Below are positions 56,046 through 64,000 of a DNA stretch of 64,000 nt, one piece after another. The notes beneath the pieces were generated by a model, which worked only from the letters and a program-made list of their open reading frames with translations, ran no database searches and was not told the origin of the DNA. A program made the translations under genes and the position numbers. Origin of the DNA: Pseudomonadota bacterium (GTDB lineage Archaea > Thermoplasmatota > SW-10-69-26 > JACQPN01 > JAJPHT01); assembly GCA_021325135.1 (NCBI GenBank), contig JAJPHT010000026.1:56094-120093 (forward strand), read 5' to 3'. The number at the start of each line of letters is the position of its first letter. Position 1 is the stretch's first letter.

Positions 56046-56534
56046 TCAGAACGTCACGTGGCAGACGCCGCTGCTGCAGACGGCCGTCGGCTCGACGTAG
56101 CCGGAGGGGAGGGGGACGTAGGTGGGGCCCGAGGTGATGACGGGCTCGATGGCCGTGACGCACTCGGTGCCGACGACGCAGACGGGCTTGCTCACGAGGC
56201 CGCCGTAGCCCACGGGGACCGCGACGGAGCTGCCCGTGGTCTGGACGCACGCGTTGGTCAGCGCGTCGGGGTTGTACGGGATGCAGGTGCCGTCGGGGAC
56301 GGGCACGGGCGGGTTCACGGTGCGGGTGTTGGTGCGGCACCAGCCGTCGACGTTGCACGTGTCGAAGGTGATGGTGTAGCTGCCGTCGGCGTTCTTCTGC
56401 GCGCCCATGTTGCCGGGGAAGACGTAGATGGTGCAGAGCTTGCTTTCGACGTCGCAGGTGTCGGCGGAGGCGGCGGGGACGAGCGCCGTCAGCGCCATGG
56501 CGACGAGCAGCGCGGCGGGGATCAGCTTGTGCAT
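56046..56534 (-). CDS. Secreted 10-Cys paralog C
   Basis: MHKLIPAALL...; C-terminal half nearly identical to paralog A. Confidence 0.82.
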   Translation of the reverse strand: MHKLIPAALLVAMALTALVPAASADTCDVESKLCTIYVFPGNMGAQKNADGSYTITFDTCNVDGWCRTNTRTVNPPVPVPDGTCIPYNPDALTNACVQTTGSSVAVPVGYGGLVSKPVCVVGTECVTAIEPVITSGPTYVPLPSGYVEPTAVCSSGVCHVTF

Positions 56535-56615
56535 GTTGGAAGCCTCTTGCCCGGAGACCGGGCAAGAGGCCCAACCGAGGGGCTGGAGATGTCCTCTAGG
56601 GATCAACCGCTTTCG
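56535..56615 (-). promoter_or_regulatory. Conserved upstream motif, copy C
   Basis: CGAAAGCGGTTGATCCCTAGAGG...GCCTCTTGCCCGG TCT CCGGGCAAGAGGC TTCCAAC-ATG. Confidence 0.78.
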
Positions 56616-56625
56616 GGGGCGATCC

Positions 56626-57129
56626 TCAGAGGGTCACGCGGCACGGGGTGGGGCAGAGCGCGGTGATCTCGACGTAGCCCGAAGGGGCGGGCTCGGTGGT
56701 GGGGCCGCTCGTGACGGAGGGCACGGGGGCGCTCACGCACTCGGGGCCGACGACGCAGACGTTCTCCGTCGCGAGGCCGACGCCCACGGGGGCCGACACC
56801 GACCCGCCCGTCGTCTGCACGCACGCGTTGGTGAGCGCGTCGGGGTTGTACGCGAAGCAGGTGGAGGGCACGAGGCTCGCGGGGGCGGGGATCGTGACGC
56901 TGCGGGAGGGCCACGAGCACCAGCCGTTGATGCTGCACTCGTCGTAGGTCACGGTGTGGCTGCCGTCGGGGTTGGTCGTGACGTGCTCGTGCTCGGGGAT
57001 GACGTACTCGTTGCAGAGGAACTGCTCAAGGTCGCACACGGTGGGCGTGGGCGGGATCGCGGCCGCGGTGGGCAGGAGCGCCAGGAGGGCGGACGCCAGC
57101 AGGAGGAGGGTGGGGATCGTCTTGCGCAT
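56626..57129 (-). CDS. Secreted 10-Cys paralog D
   Basis: MRKTIPTLLL...; central and C-terminal parts most like paralog B. Confidence 0.82.
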   Translation of the reverse strand: MRKTIPTLLLLASALLALLPTAAAIPPTPTVCDLEQFLCNEYVIPEHEHVTTNPDGSHTVTYDECSINGWCSWPSRSVTIPAPASLVPSTCFAYNPDALTNACVQTTGGSVSAPVGVGLATENVCVVGPECVSAPVPSVTSGPTTEPAPSGYVEITALCPTPCRVTL

Positions 57130-57207
57130 GGGGGAAGCCTCTTGCCCGGATCGGGCAGGGCAGCAGCCGGCAGGCGAGGGAAGCCTTCTAGGGATCAACC
57201 GCTTTCG
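57130..57207 (-). promoter_or_regulatory. Conserved upstream motif, copy D
   Basis: CGAAAGCGGTTGATCCCTAGAAGG...TGCCCG ATC CGGGCAAGAGGCTTCCCCC-ATG. Confidence 0.78.
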
Positions 57208-57212
57208 CGGCC

Positions 57213-59261
57213 TCAGACGCGCAGGCGCACCAGCTCGCCGCGCGCGACGGCGTCCATCACGCGCTCGCCCGCGTCGCTGCCGCGGCTGATGCGGATCTCC
57301 CCCTTGCCGCCGATGGTGGCGGTCATGACGGGCTCGTCCTCGATCACGACCTCGGCGCGCGTGCCCACGAGGCCGCGGTCCACCAGGAGGACGACGTTCT
57401 TCTTGCTGCGGCGAAGCTCGGGCACGATCTCCGCGTAGCGGCGCTCCTTCCCGCGCGAGGCGATGCGCTCCTCCTCGGCGGCCATCTCCTCGTCGTCCTC
57501 GGCCTCGGCGTCCGCGGGCGCCTCGCGCCTCAGGGGGCGGTCAGGATCGAAACGCCCTTTTCCCTTGCCGCCACCACCATATTCCTTCGGGCTCTTCCCG
57601 CGGCCCGCGTCCCATCCGCTGCGGCTGGTCATGGGCCTGATGTCGAGCTTCACGCCCACGGCCTCCTCGATCTGCTTGACGTTGCTGCCCCCCTTGCCGA
57701 TGAGGGCGGGCACGTCGCGCTCGGGTACGTAGAGCGTGGCGCTCCCGTCGCTGCTCATCTCCACGTCGAAGGGGCCGTCCACCCAGCGGCGCAGGCTGCT
57801 GCGGAGCCCTTCGGCGGCGAACTTGTCCTTGGCGCTGGTCTTCCCGCCGCTGGCGGCGTCCAGGGGCATGACGACGACCTGCTCGCCGTAGGTGTAGATC
57901 TCGAAGCAGGCCTGCTTGGTGAGGAAGTCGCGCACGACGATGACGGGGCGCGCGAGGTCGGCCTCCACCATGCCGGCGGGCACCTTCACGGTGAAGTTCA
58001 TCTCCAGGACCTGCTGGACCTTGCCCTTCTCGATGTGGATGACGGTGTCCACGACCTGTGGGATCATGCCAAGCTCGACGCGGCCGATGAGGCGCTGCAC
58101 GGCGTCGATGGCGCGGTTCGCGTGCGTGACGCCCACGAGGCCGACGCCGGCGAGGCGCATGTCGGCGAAGATTTCGAAGTCCTCGGTCTTGCGCACTTCA
58201 TCGTAGATGACGTAGTCGGGGCGCACCAGGAGGAGCACGTCGCTGGTCAGCTCCATGTCGCGCTCCAGCGGGGCGTATTGCGTGATCTCGTCGCTGACCT
58301 GGAGGTCGCGGGGGCTTTCCATGGTCTTGATGATGACCTGCTTCTGGCGCAGCCACTCGGCGACGGCGGTGACGAAGGTGGATTTGCCGCTGCCGGGCGC
58401 GCCCGAGACGAAGACGCCTCGCTGGTAGTCCGCGAGGCGGTCGCGAAGCTCGTCCGCGATGTGGTACTGCTCCAGCGTCAGTTGCGCGACGGGCCTCACC
58501 GCGGTGATCTCCACGGCGTCGCTGAAGGGGGGCTGCGCGATGGCGATGCGCATGTTGCCCAGCTGCACCACCGTCGCGCCCTCGCGTTCGATCTCGATGA
58601 AGGAGTCCGCGTCGCGCTTGGCGGCCTCGATGATCTCGCGGCGCATGCGCGTCAGCTCGCGAAGCTCCATGGGCTTCTCGGAGAGCTTGACCAGCTTCTT
58701 CCCGGCCGGCGTGCCCTTCTTCGCCATGGGGACGACGTTCTGCTTGAGGTGGACGCTCATGGTCTCCTTGTCGAAGAACTCCATGATGCGCAGGCTCCCG
58801 ATGTCGGCCTCCCACTCCTTGGGGTCCGTGACGGGGCGGATCCACTCCACGTCGAGGCCCAGCGCGCGGGCGACGTGCGCCTGCACGCGGTCGCTGGTGA
58901 GGAGCGTGGCCTTGTGGTCCACCGCCACCTGGCGGATCATGGCGTCGATCTCGCCCGCCTTGGCCATCTCGATGGCCTCGAAGCCGGGGCGGTCCCCCAC
59001 GAACTCCAGGTGGATGTCCGCGGCGTCCTTCAGCTCCTGGAGCTTCACCACCTCGTCCAGGCCGCTGAAGCCGCTCTCGCGTCCGCGGTTCGCCTGGAAC
59101 TCCAGCTCGGCGACGCTGGCGTTGGCGATGAGGATGCGCGCCCCCTCCAGCTCGCCCCGCTGGATGCGCGCGGTGAGGCGCCCGTCCACGAGGACGCTGG
59201 TGTCCGGGACGACGGACGCGGGTTCCTTGCGCTTCGGGGGAGCCTTCTTCGCCGGGGGCAC
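57213..59261 (-). CDS. PINA-type ATPase (PIN domain, P-loop ATPase, KH domain)
   Basis: VPDTSVLVDG, FFDKETMSVHLK, GAPGSGKST, TMESPRDLQ, DEVRK, DMRLAGVG, LIGKGGSN (KH). Confidence 0.93.
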   Translation of the reverse strand: MPPAKKAPPKRKEPASVVPDTSVLVDGRLTARIQRGELEGARILIANASVAELEFQANRGRESGFSGLDEVVKLQELKDAADIHLEFVGDRPGFEAIEMAKAGEIDAMIRQVAVDHKATLLTSDRVQAHVARALGLDVEWIRPVTDPKEWEADIGSLRIMEFFDKETMSVHLKQNVVPMAKKGTPAGKKLVKLSEKPMELRELTRMRREIIEAAKRDADSFIEIEREGATVVQLGNMRIAIAQPPFSDAVEITAVRPVAQLTLEQYHIADELRDRLADYQRGVFVSGAPGSGKSTFVTAVAEWLRQKQVIIKTMESPRDLQVSDEITQYAPLERDMELTSDVLLLVRPDYVIYDEVRKTEDFEIFADMRLAGVGLVGVTHANRAIDAVQRLIGRVELGMIPQVVDTVIHIEKGKVQQVLEMNFTVKVPAGMVEADLARPVIVVRDFLTKQACFEIYTYGEQVVVMPLDAASGGKTSAKDKFAAEGLRSSLRRWVDGPFDVEMSSDGSATLYVPERDVPALIGKGGSNVKQIEEAVGVKLDIRPMTSRSGWDAGRGKSPKEYGGGGKGKGRFDPDRPLRREAPADAEAEDDEEMAAEEERIASRGKERRYAEIVPELRRSKKNVVLLVDRGLVGTRAEVVIEDEPVMTATIGGKGEIRISRGSDAGERVMDAVARGELVRLRV

Positions 59262-59345
59262 GGCCCATCATGAGGCGGGCAAGGCCCTAAAGGGAATCGC
59301 CTTGGCCCAAGCCGTCGGGTCCGTTTCCGATGCGGCCGGTGCGGC

Positions 59346-59522
59346 CTAGAGGCGGCGCCGCTCCCGGTCCTGGAGGCGCGTGTCGGCCTCCTTGCCCCGG
59401 GCGGCCTCCTGCTGGAGGCGCCCCTTCTCCTTCTTCTCAGGGTTGTCCGTCGCGTCGCCGACGGCCTCGTTGATCTTGCCCTTGATGCCCTGCCAGGCTC
59501 CGGATTCGTCCTTCTCGTCCAT
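59346..59522 (-). CDS. CsbD-like stress protein
   Basis: Translated by hand (58 aa): MDEKDESGAWQGIKGKINEAVGDATDNPEKKEKGRLQQ... Confidence 0.75.
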   Translation of the reverse strand: MDEKDESGAWQGIKGKINEAVGDATDNPEKKEKGRLQQEAARGKEADTRLQDRERRRL

Positions 59523-59576
59523 GCGAAGGCCGTTCGGCGGGGCGGCGATGAACGGTGTGGCTGCCTCGTCGATGCC

Positions 59577-60044
59577 CTACGGCAGGTAGGGGAGCATGGG
59601 CGCGCCGCTGCCGTCCAGGGTGGGGCAGCCGGGGCTCACGCCCGTTCCGAGGGCGTAGACGCCGCTGTAGCACTGGTCCAGCTCGCCGCCGTACCGGTCG
59701 GAGTAGTGGAAGGTCCCCCACCCGGCGCCCGCGGAGGGGCCGCTGCTCTGGCCGGGGCCCATGCGGGCGACGCTGACGCCGGTGTTGTTGCCGTGGGACT
59801 CGTACCCGTAGGTCGTGTCCGTGGAGTCGTAGCAGCTCTGGGACGCGTCGACCACGAGGCTGTTGCGCGAGTCGATCGGCACGACGACGCGCGCGTCGCG
59901 GACGTGGCTGCCGTTGGCGCCGCCGCACCCGTCGCCGTTGTCCGACGTCATGGTGACCACCGACGCGGGGCCCGCGCTGAGGTTCTGGTTGGCCAGCGCG
60001 AGGGGTGATAGCAGAAGCAGGGCGAGGAGGGCGAGGGCCTTCAT
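59577..60044 (-). CDS. Secreted hypothetical protein
   Basis: Signal peptide; four Cys; Gly/Ser-rich. Confidence 0.65.
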   Translation of the reverse strand: MKALALLALLLLSPLALANQNLSAGPASVVTMTSDNGDGCGGANGSHVRDARVVVPIDSRNSLVVDASQSCYDSTDTTYGYESHGNNTGVSVARMGPGQSSGPSAGAGWGTFHYSDRYGGELDQCYSGVYALGTGVSPGCPTLDGSGAPMLPYLP

Positions 60045-60096
60045 CGCCCGCGCACCGCAGGCCGCAGGGATCAGGGTTCTCGGGAGAGCCTATTCC

Positions 60097-61308
60097 TCAC
60101 GCCTTCTTCGCCGTCTTGTTGGCGAACCGGATGATCCGGTCGAACGCCTCGTTCAACGTCTCCGGCGGCGGCAGGATCACGGTGCGGAAGTGCCCCGCGG
60201 CGCTCTGGCCGAAGCCGCTGCCGTGCACGACGAGGACCTTCTCCTCCTGGAGCAGGTTGAGGACCCACTCCTTGTCGGTGGGCCACGGGTTGTGGGGCAC
60301 GCCCACGAGGGCGTAGAACGCGCCGGAGGGGGGCGCCAGGGTGAGGTTCTCCGTCTCGGCGACGCGCTTGGCCACGATCTCCGCGCGCTGGCGCAGGCGG
60401 CGGCGCAGGTCGGGGACGTGGGGCGCGTGCGCCTGGAGGGCGCGGGCGAGGGCGATCTGGATGGGGTAGCTCGCCGAGAGGCGGGAGCGCGCCTGCTTGA
60501 GGACCCCTTCCTTGATATCAGCCAGCTCGCCGTTGTCGTGCTTGAACGCGACGTAGCCCGCGCGCCAGCCCGGGACGAGCCAGTTCTTGCTGAAGCCGTT
60601 GAGGACGACGCAGGGGCCGGGCTCCTGCGCGAGGCTGGGGGCGACGTCGCCCTCGAAGACCAATTCGCTGTAGATGTCGTCCGCGATGAGGACGAGGCCG
60701 CGCTCGTGGGCGAGCTTCGCGATGGCCTTGAGGATGGGCTTGGGGTAGACGGCGCCCGTGGGGTTGTTGGGCGAGATGACGGCGATGGCCTTGGTGCGCG
60801 GCGTGACGCGCGCGGCGATCTCCTCGATCCGGGGGATCCATCCGTCCTCGGGGCGGCTGGGGTACTCCACGGGCACCGCGCCGTAGAACGACGTGACGCC
60901 GAGGTACTGCGGGTACGCCGGGCCGGGGACGAGGATCTCGTCGCCGGGTTCCAGCAGCGCGCCGAAGAGGAACGAGAGCGCCTCCGAGACGCCCGCGGTG
61001 AAGATGATGTCCTCGGGCTTCAGGTCGAGGCCGCGCATCTCCTTCTCGTACTTCGCGATGGCCTGCCGCACGTCGGGCTGCCCCTCGCTGTCGGCGTAGC
61101 GGCCCAGCTTCGAGGCCTCCGCCAGCGCGTGCGCGAGGGGCGCGGGGGGCTCGAAGTCGTAGGCGTCGGGGTCGCCGATGTTGAGCTTGAGGACCTTGTG
61201 CCCCTGCCGCTCCAGCTCGCGCGCGGGGCCCAGCACGTCGCGGATGGGCGCCTCCATGTGGCGCAGGCGGGTCGCGGCGGGGAAGCGCTTCGCGGGGGGC
61301 GGGCTCAT
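60097..61308 (-). CDS. Class I/II PLP aminotransferase (AlaA-like)
   Basis: LNIGDP, GVSEAL, SPNNPTG, ADDIYS, NGFSKNWLVPGWRAG, VHGSGFG, HFRTV. Confidence 0.92.
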   Translation of the reverse strand: MSPPPAKRFPAATRLRHMEAPIRDVLGPARELERQGHKVLKLNIGDPDAYDFEPPAPLAHALAEASKLGRYADSEGQPDVRQAIAKYEKEMRGLDLKPEDIIFTAGVSEALSFLFGALLEPGDEILVPGPAYPQYLGVTSFYGAVPVEYPSRPEDGWIPRIEEIAARVTPRTKAIAVISPNNPTGAVYPKPILKAIAKLAHERGLVLIADDIYSELVFEGDVAPSLAQEPGPCVVLNGFSKNWLVPGWRAGYVAFKHDNGELADIKEGVLKQARSRLSASYPIQIALARALQAHAPHVPDLRRRLRQRAEIVAKRVAETENLTLAPPSGAFYALVGVPHNPWPTDKEWVLNLLQEEKVLVVHGSGFGQSAAGHFRTVILPPPETLNEAFDRIIRFANKTAKKA

Positions 61309-61378
61309 GGACTCCCCACCGGCGGGGGGGTCAAAAGCGTTGGGGCCGATCCTCGCGGCGTTCGCGCCTCCGCTTGGC

Positions 61379-63193
61379 TCAGGGCGCCTCGGGCCCCACC
61401 AGGGGCTTGAGGTAACGGTCCCGCAAGACCGAGACGCCCGTCCGGAGCACGCGCTCGCGGTCCTCCTCCTCGAGGATGCGCTTCAGGCGCCCCTCCAGGA
61501 GGTCGCTGCGGGTGAGCACGCCCACCAGCGCGCCGCCCTCGTCCACGACGGGGAGGCGGCCCACGCCGGCGCGCGCCATGCGCTTCGCGGCCTCGCTGGC
61601 GGGGTCGTCGGGCGCCGCGACGTGGAGCGTGGCGGGGCGGCGGTCGCCCAGGGTCTCGCCCTCGACGACGGGCTGGAGCGCCCACTCCAGCGCGTCGCGG
61701 CGCGTGACGATGCTCACGAGCCGGCCCTGCACGTCCACCACGGGGTAGCCCTGGTGGCGGCGGGGGCGGCGGCCGGGGATCTTCTCGGCGTCGCGGAAGA
61801 ACGCGATGGCGTCCGCGACAGGCATGCTTGCGGGAAGCGCCTCGACCTCGGGCGTCATCACCTCCTTCACGCGCAGCATGTCCAGGGGGTCGACGACGTA
61901 CTCGCGCACGACGTGGTGGCCGCGGCGGGCGAGCTTCTCGGTGAGGATGCTGCGGCGCAAGAGCAGGACCGTGAGGCCGTACGCGGCGAGGCACGCGACG
62001 AGGACGGGCACCGCCAGCGACCAGTCGCGCGTGAGCTCCAGCGCGAAGAAGACGCCGGTGAAGGGCACGCGCATCGCGCCGCCCAGGATACCGGCCATGC
62101 CCACGAGGGCCCAGATGGCGGGCGTGCCCAGGGGGATGGCGGGGCCGAGGACCGCGCCCAGCGCGGCGCCCATCATGAGGAGCGGCGCGAGGACGCCGCC
62201 CGAGGTGCCGCTGCCCAGGGAGAAGCTCCAGATGAGCGCCTTGGTGAGGAGGAGCGCCAGGAGCGCCGTGCCCACGAGGTTGCCGGCGAGCATGCCGCCG
62301 ATGACGTCGTAGCCCACACCCAGCGCCTTGGGCTCCAGGAGGCCGCCCAGCCCGATGGCGAGGCCGCCGATGGCGGGCCACCACATCCAGTGGATGGGCA
62401 GGAGCGCGAAGGCGTCCTCGAAGAGGTAGACGAGACGCGTGAGGAGGCCTGATAGCAATCCGGCGGCGACGCCCAGCGCGGCGGCGACGAGGACGCCCTG
62501 CCACGGGAGGGGCGCGTGGGCGGGCACGGGGAAGAGGGGCCCCTCGCCCATGAGCGGCACGCGCAGGAGCGCCGCCTCCACCGACGCGATGGCCACCGGG
62601 AGCAGGCTGCGCGGCTTCCATTCGAAGAGGAGAAGCTCGACGGCGAGGAGGATGGCGGCCATGGGGGCGCCGAAGGTGGCGCTCATGCCGGCGGCGGCGC
62701 CCGCGACGAGGAGGATCTTGCGCTCGGAGGCGGAGAGGCGGAAGAACTGGGCGAAGAGCGAGCCGAAGGCGCCGCCCGTCATGATGATGGGGCCCTCCGC
62801 GCCGAAGGGGCCGCCGGTGCCGATGCTGATGGCCGCGCTGGCGGGCTTGAGCACGGTGACCTTGGGCTCGACGCGGCTGCCGCGCAGGAGGATCGACTCC
62901 AGCGCCTCGGGGATGCCGTGGCCGCGGATCTTCTCGCTGCCGTAGCGCGCCATGAGACCGATGACCAGGCCGCCCGCCACGGGGATCAGCACGATCCAGA
63001 GGCCCAGGTGCGCGTCGGCGGGCGAGACGAGGCGGTGGTCCCACCTCTGGTAGAAGACGAGGTTCGTGATGGTGCCGATGAGCCACGAGAGCGCATAGGC
63101 GAGAAGCGTGCCCACGGCGCCCACCACGAGCGCCATGGCCGCGAGGAGGAGCATGCGGCGGTCGGCCGTGAAGTCCCGGAGGCGGTCCTTCAT
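61379..63193 (-). CDS. ClC chloride channel family protein with CBS pair
   Basis: GHGIPE, GAEGP, GTSGGVLAP; C-terminal CBS domains. Confidence 0.92.
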   Translation of the reverse strand: MKDRLRDFTADRRMLLLAAMALVVGAVGTLLAYALSWLIGTITNLVFYQRWDHRLVSPADAHLGLWIVLIPVAGGLVIGLMARYGSEKIRGHGIPEALESILLRGSRVEPKVTVLKPASAAISIGTGGPFGAEGPIIMTGGAFGSLFAQFFRLSASERKILLVAGAAAGMSATFGAPMAAILLAVELLLFEWKPRSLLPVAIASVEAALLRVPLMGEGPLFPVPAHAPLPWQGVLVAAALGVAAGLLSGLLTRLVYLFEDAFALLPIHWMWWPAIGGLAIGLGGLLEPKALGVGYDVIGGMLAGNLVGTALLALLLTKALIWSFSLGSGTSGGVLAPLLMMGAALGAVLGPAIPLGTPAIWALVGMAGILGGAMRVPFTGVFFALELTRDWSLAVPVLVACLAAYGLTVLLLRRSILTEKLARRGHHVVREYVVDPLDMLRVKEVMTPEVEALPASMPVADAIAFFRDAEKIPGRRPRRHQGYPVVDVQGRLVSIVTRRDALEWALQPVVEGETLGDRRPATLHVAAPDDPASEAAKRMARAGVGRLPVVDEGGALVGVLTRSDLLEGRLKRILEEEDRERVLRTGVSVLRDRYLKPLVGPEAP

Positions 63194-63271
63194 CGGCGCG
63201 CGCCATCGGGCGGTGGGATTTCCCCTTTTCGGTGACGCGGCTCACGAGTGGTGATCCCCACGGGTGCGCGC

Positions 63272-63354
63272 CGCCTCCGGCGGGGAACCCCCGAATCTCC
63301 GAATCTCAGAATCACCGGAGATTCGGCGATTCGGGTTTTTCCTCGCCGGAGGCG
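63272..63354. repeat. Hairpin built from 8-bp units downstream of rps2
   Basis: CGCCTCCGGCGGGGAA...ccgaatct/ccgaatct/cagaatca...gagattcg/gcgattcg...TTCCTCGCCGGAGGCG; minus-strand T-tract at ~63371-63378. Confidence 0.7.
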
Positions 63355-63427
63355 CAGCGCCCGCGCAGGGAAAAAAAAGAAGGCGAGAAGGAAGAGAGGG
63401 GCCGAAGCCCCGCGTTCGTGGAGCGCG

Positions 63428-64000
63428 TTACAGCTGCGCCTCGAAGTCGTCCACCGTCAGCGTGAAGTCGCTGTCGGAGGCGAGCTTGCCCTGGGCCTTG
63501 AGGACCTCGCGGGCGAGGATCCAGTAGACGAGCGCCAGGGAGCGGCGGCCCTTGTTGTTCGTGGGGATGATGACGTCCACGTTGCGCGTCTCGTTGTTGG
63601 TGTCCGCCAGCGCGATGATGGGGATGCCGATGTTGAGCGCCTCGCGCATGGCCTGGGCGTCGCCCGCAGGGTCCGTGAGCACGATGAGCTCGGGCTCCAT
63701 GAACTGGCTCGTGTTGGGGTTCGTGAGCGTGCCGGGCATGAAGCGGCCCGCGATGGCGATGGCGCCGGTCTGCTTGGCCAGGACGCGGATGGGCTTCTGG
63801 CCGTACTGGCGGGCGGAGACGAAGAGGACCTTCTCCGCGGGGTAGCGGGCGATCATCTTCGCCGCGGCGCGCAGGCGCTCGTCGGTCTTCTTGACGTCGA
63901 GGACGAAGAGGCCGTCGTTGCGGACGCGGTAGATGTACTCCTCCATGTCCGCGTTCTTCTGCTGCGTGCCGATGTGGACGCCGCACGAGAGGTACTGGTC
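63428..64000 (-). CDS. rps2: 30S ribosomal protein S2 (5' end outside window)
   Basis: GVHIGTQQK, YIYRVRNDGL, GRFMPGTLTNP, DTNN, IPTNNKGRRSL. Confidence 0.97.
   Translation of the reverse strand, partial: DQYLSCGVHIGTQQKNADMEEYIYRVRNDGLFVLDVKKTDERLRAAAKMIARYPAEKVLFVSARQYGQKPIRVLAKQTGAIAIAGRFMPGTLTNPNTSQFMEPELIVLTDPAGDAQAMREALNIGIPIIALADTNNETRNVDVIIPTNNKGRRSLALVYWILAREVLKAQGKLASDSDFTLTVDDFEAQL

Noticed and set aside
54725-57207. CRISPR array or integron cassette array
   Set aside because: The repeats are gene-linked upstream motifs separated by paralogous genes; no cas or integrase gene and no attC-type core sites.
57213-59261. Secretion or pilus ATPase serving the adjacent array
   Set aside because: The PIN-ATPase-KH architecture matches the conserved archaeal PINA family, which acts in nucleic acid processing; adjacency is probably incidental.

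Overview
A 64-kb window from a very GC-rich archaeal chromosome, most likely a Thermoplasmatota lineage (inferred from rpl10e, archaeal-type proS, rps2, GGGP and DGGGP synthases, phosphopantothenate synthetase, MptE and the PINA ATPase). Housekeeping genes are mixed with many small, secreted, Cys-rich orphan proteins and several bacterial-type genes (Mn-SOD, GTP cyclohydrolase II, RecQ, a PAS/GAF two-component cluster). No rRNA, tRNA, CRISPR array or transposase was found. The most unusual features are: (1) a ~600-nt, apparently non-coding, multi-domain folded element at ~11436-12055 whose ends base-pair and which has promoter-like and U-tract flanks, a candidate new large archaeal ncRNA; (2) a tandem array of four paralogous secreted 10-Cys proteins at 54725-57207, each with the same ~75-nt upstream motif; (3) three homologous secreted 4-Cys micropeptides next to a membrane-anchored wHTH regulator; (4) a family of REP/REPIN-like paired inverted repeats, one carrying a nested MITE-like element; (5) two genes that appear to start at non-canonical codons (ATA, ATC). 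All product calls come from motif recognition in the translations; no database searches were run.
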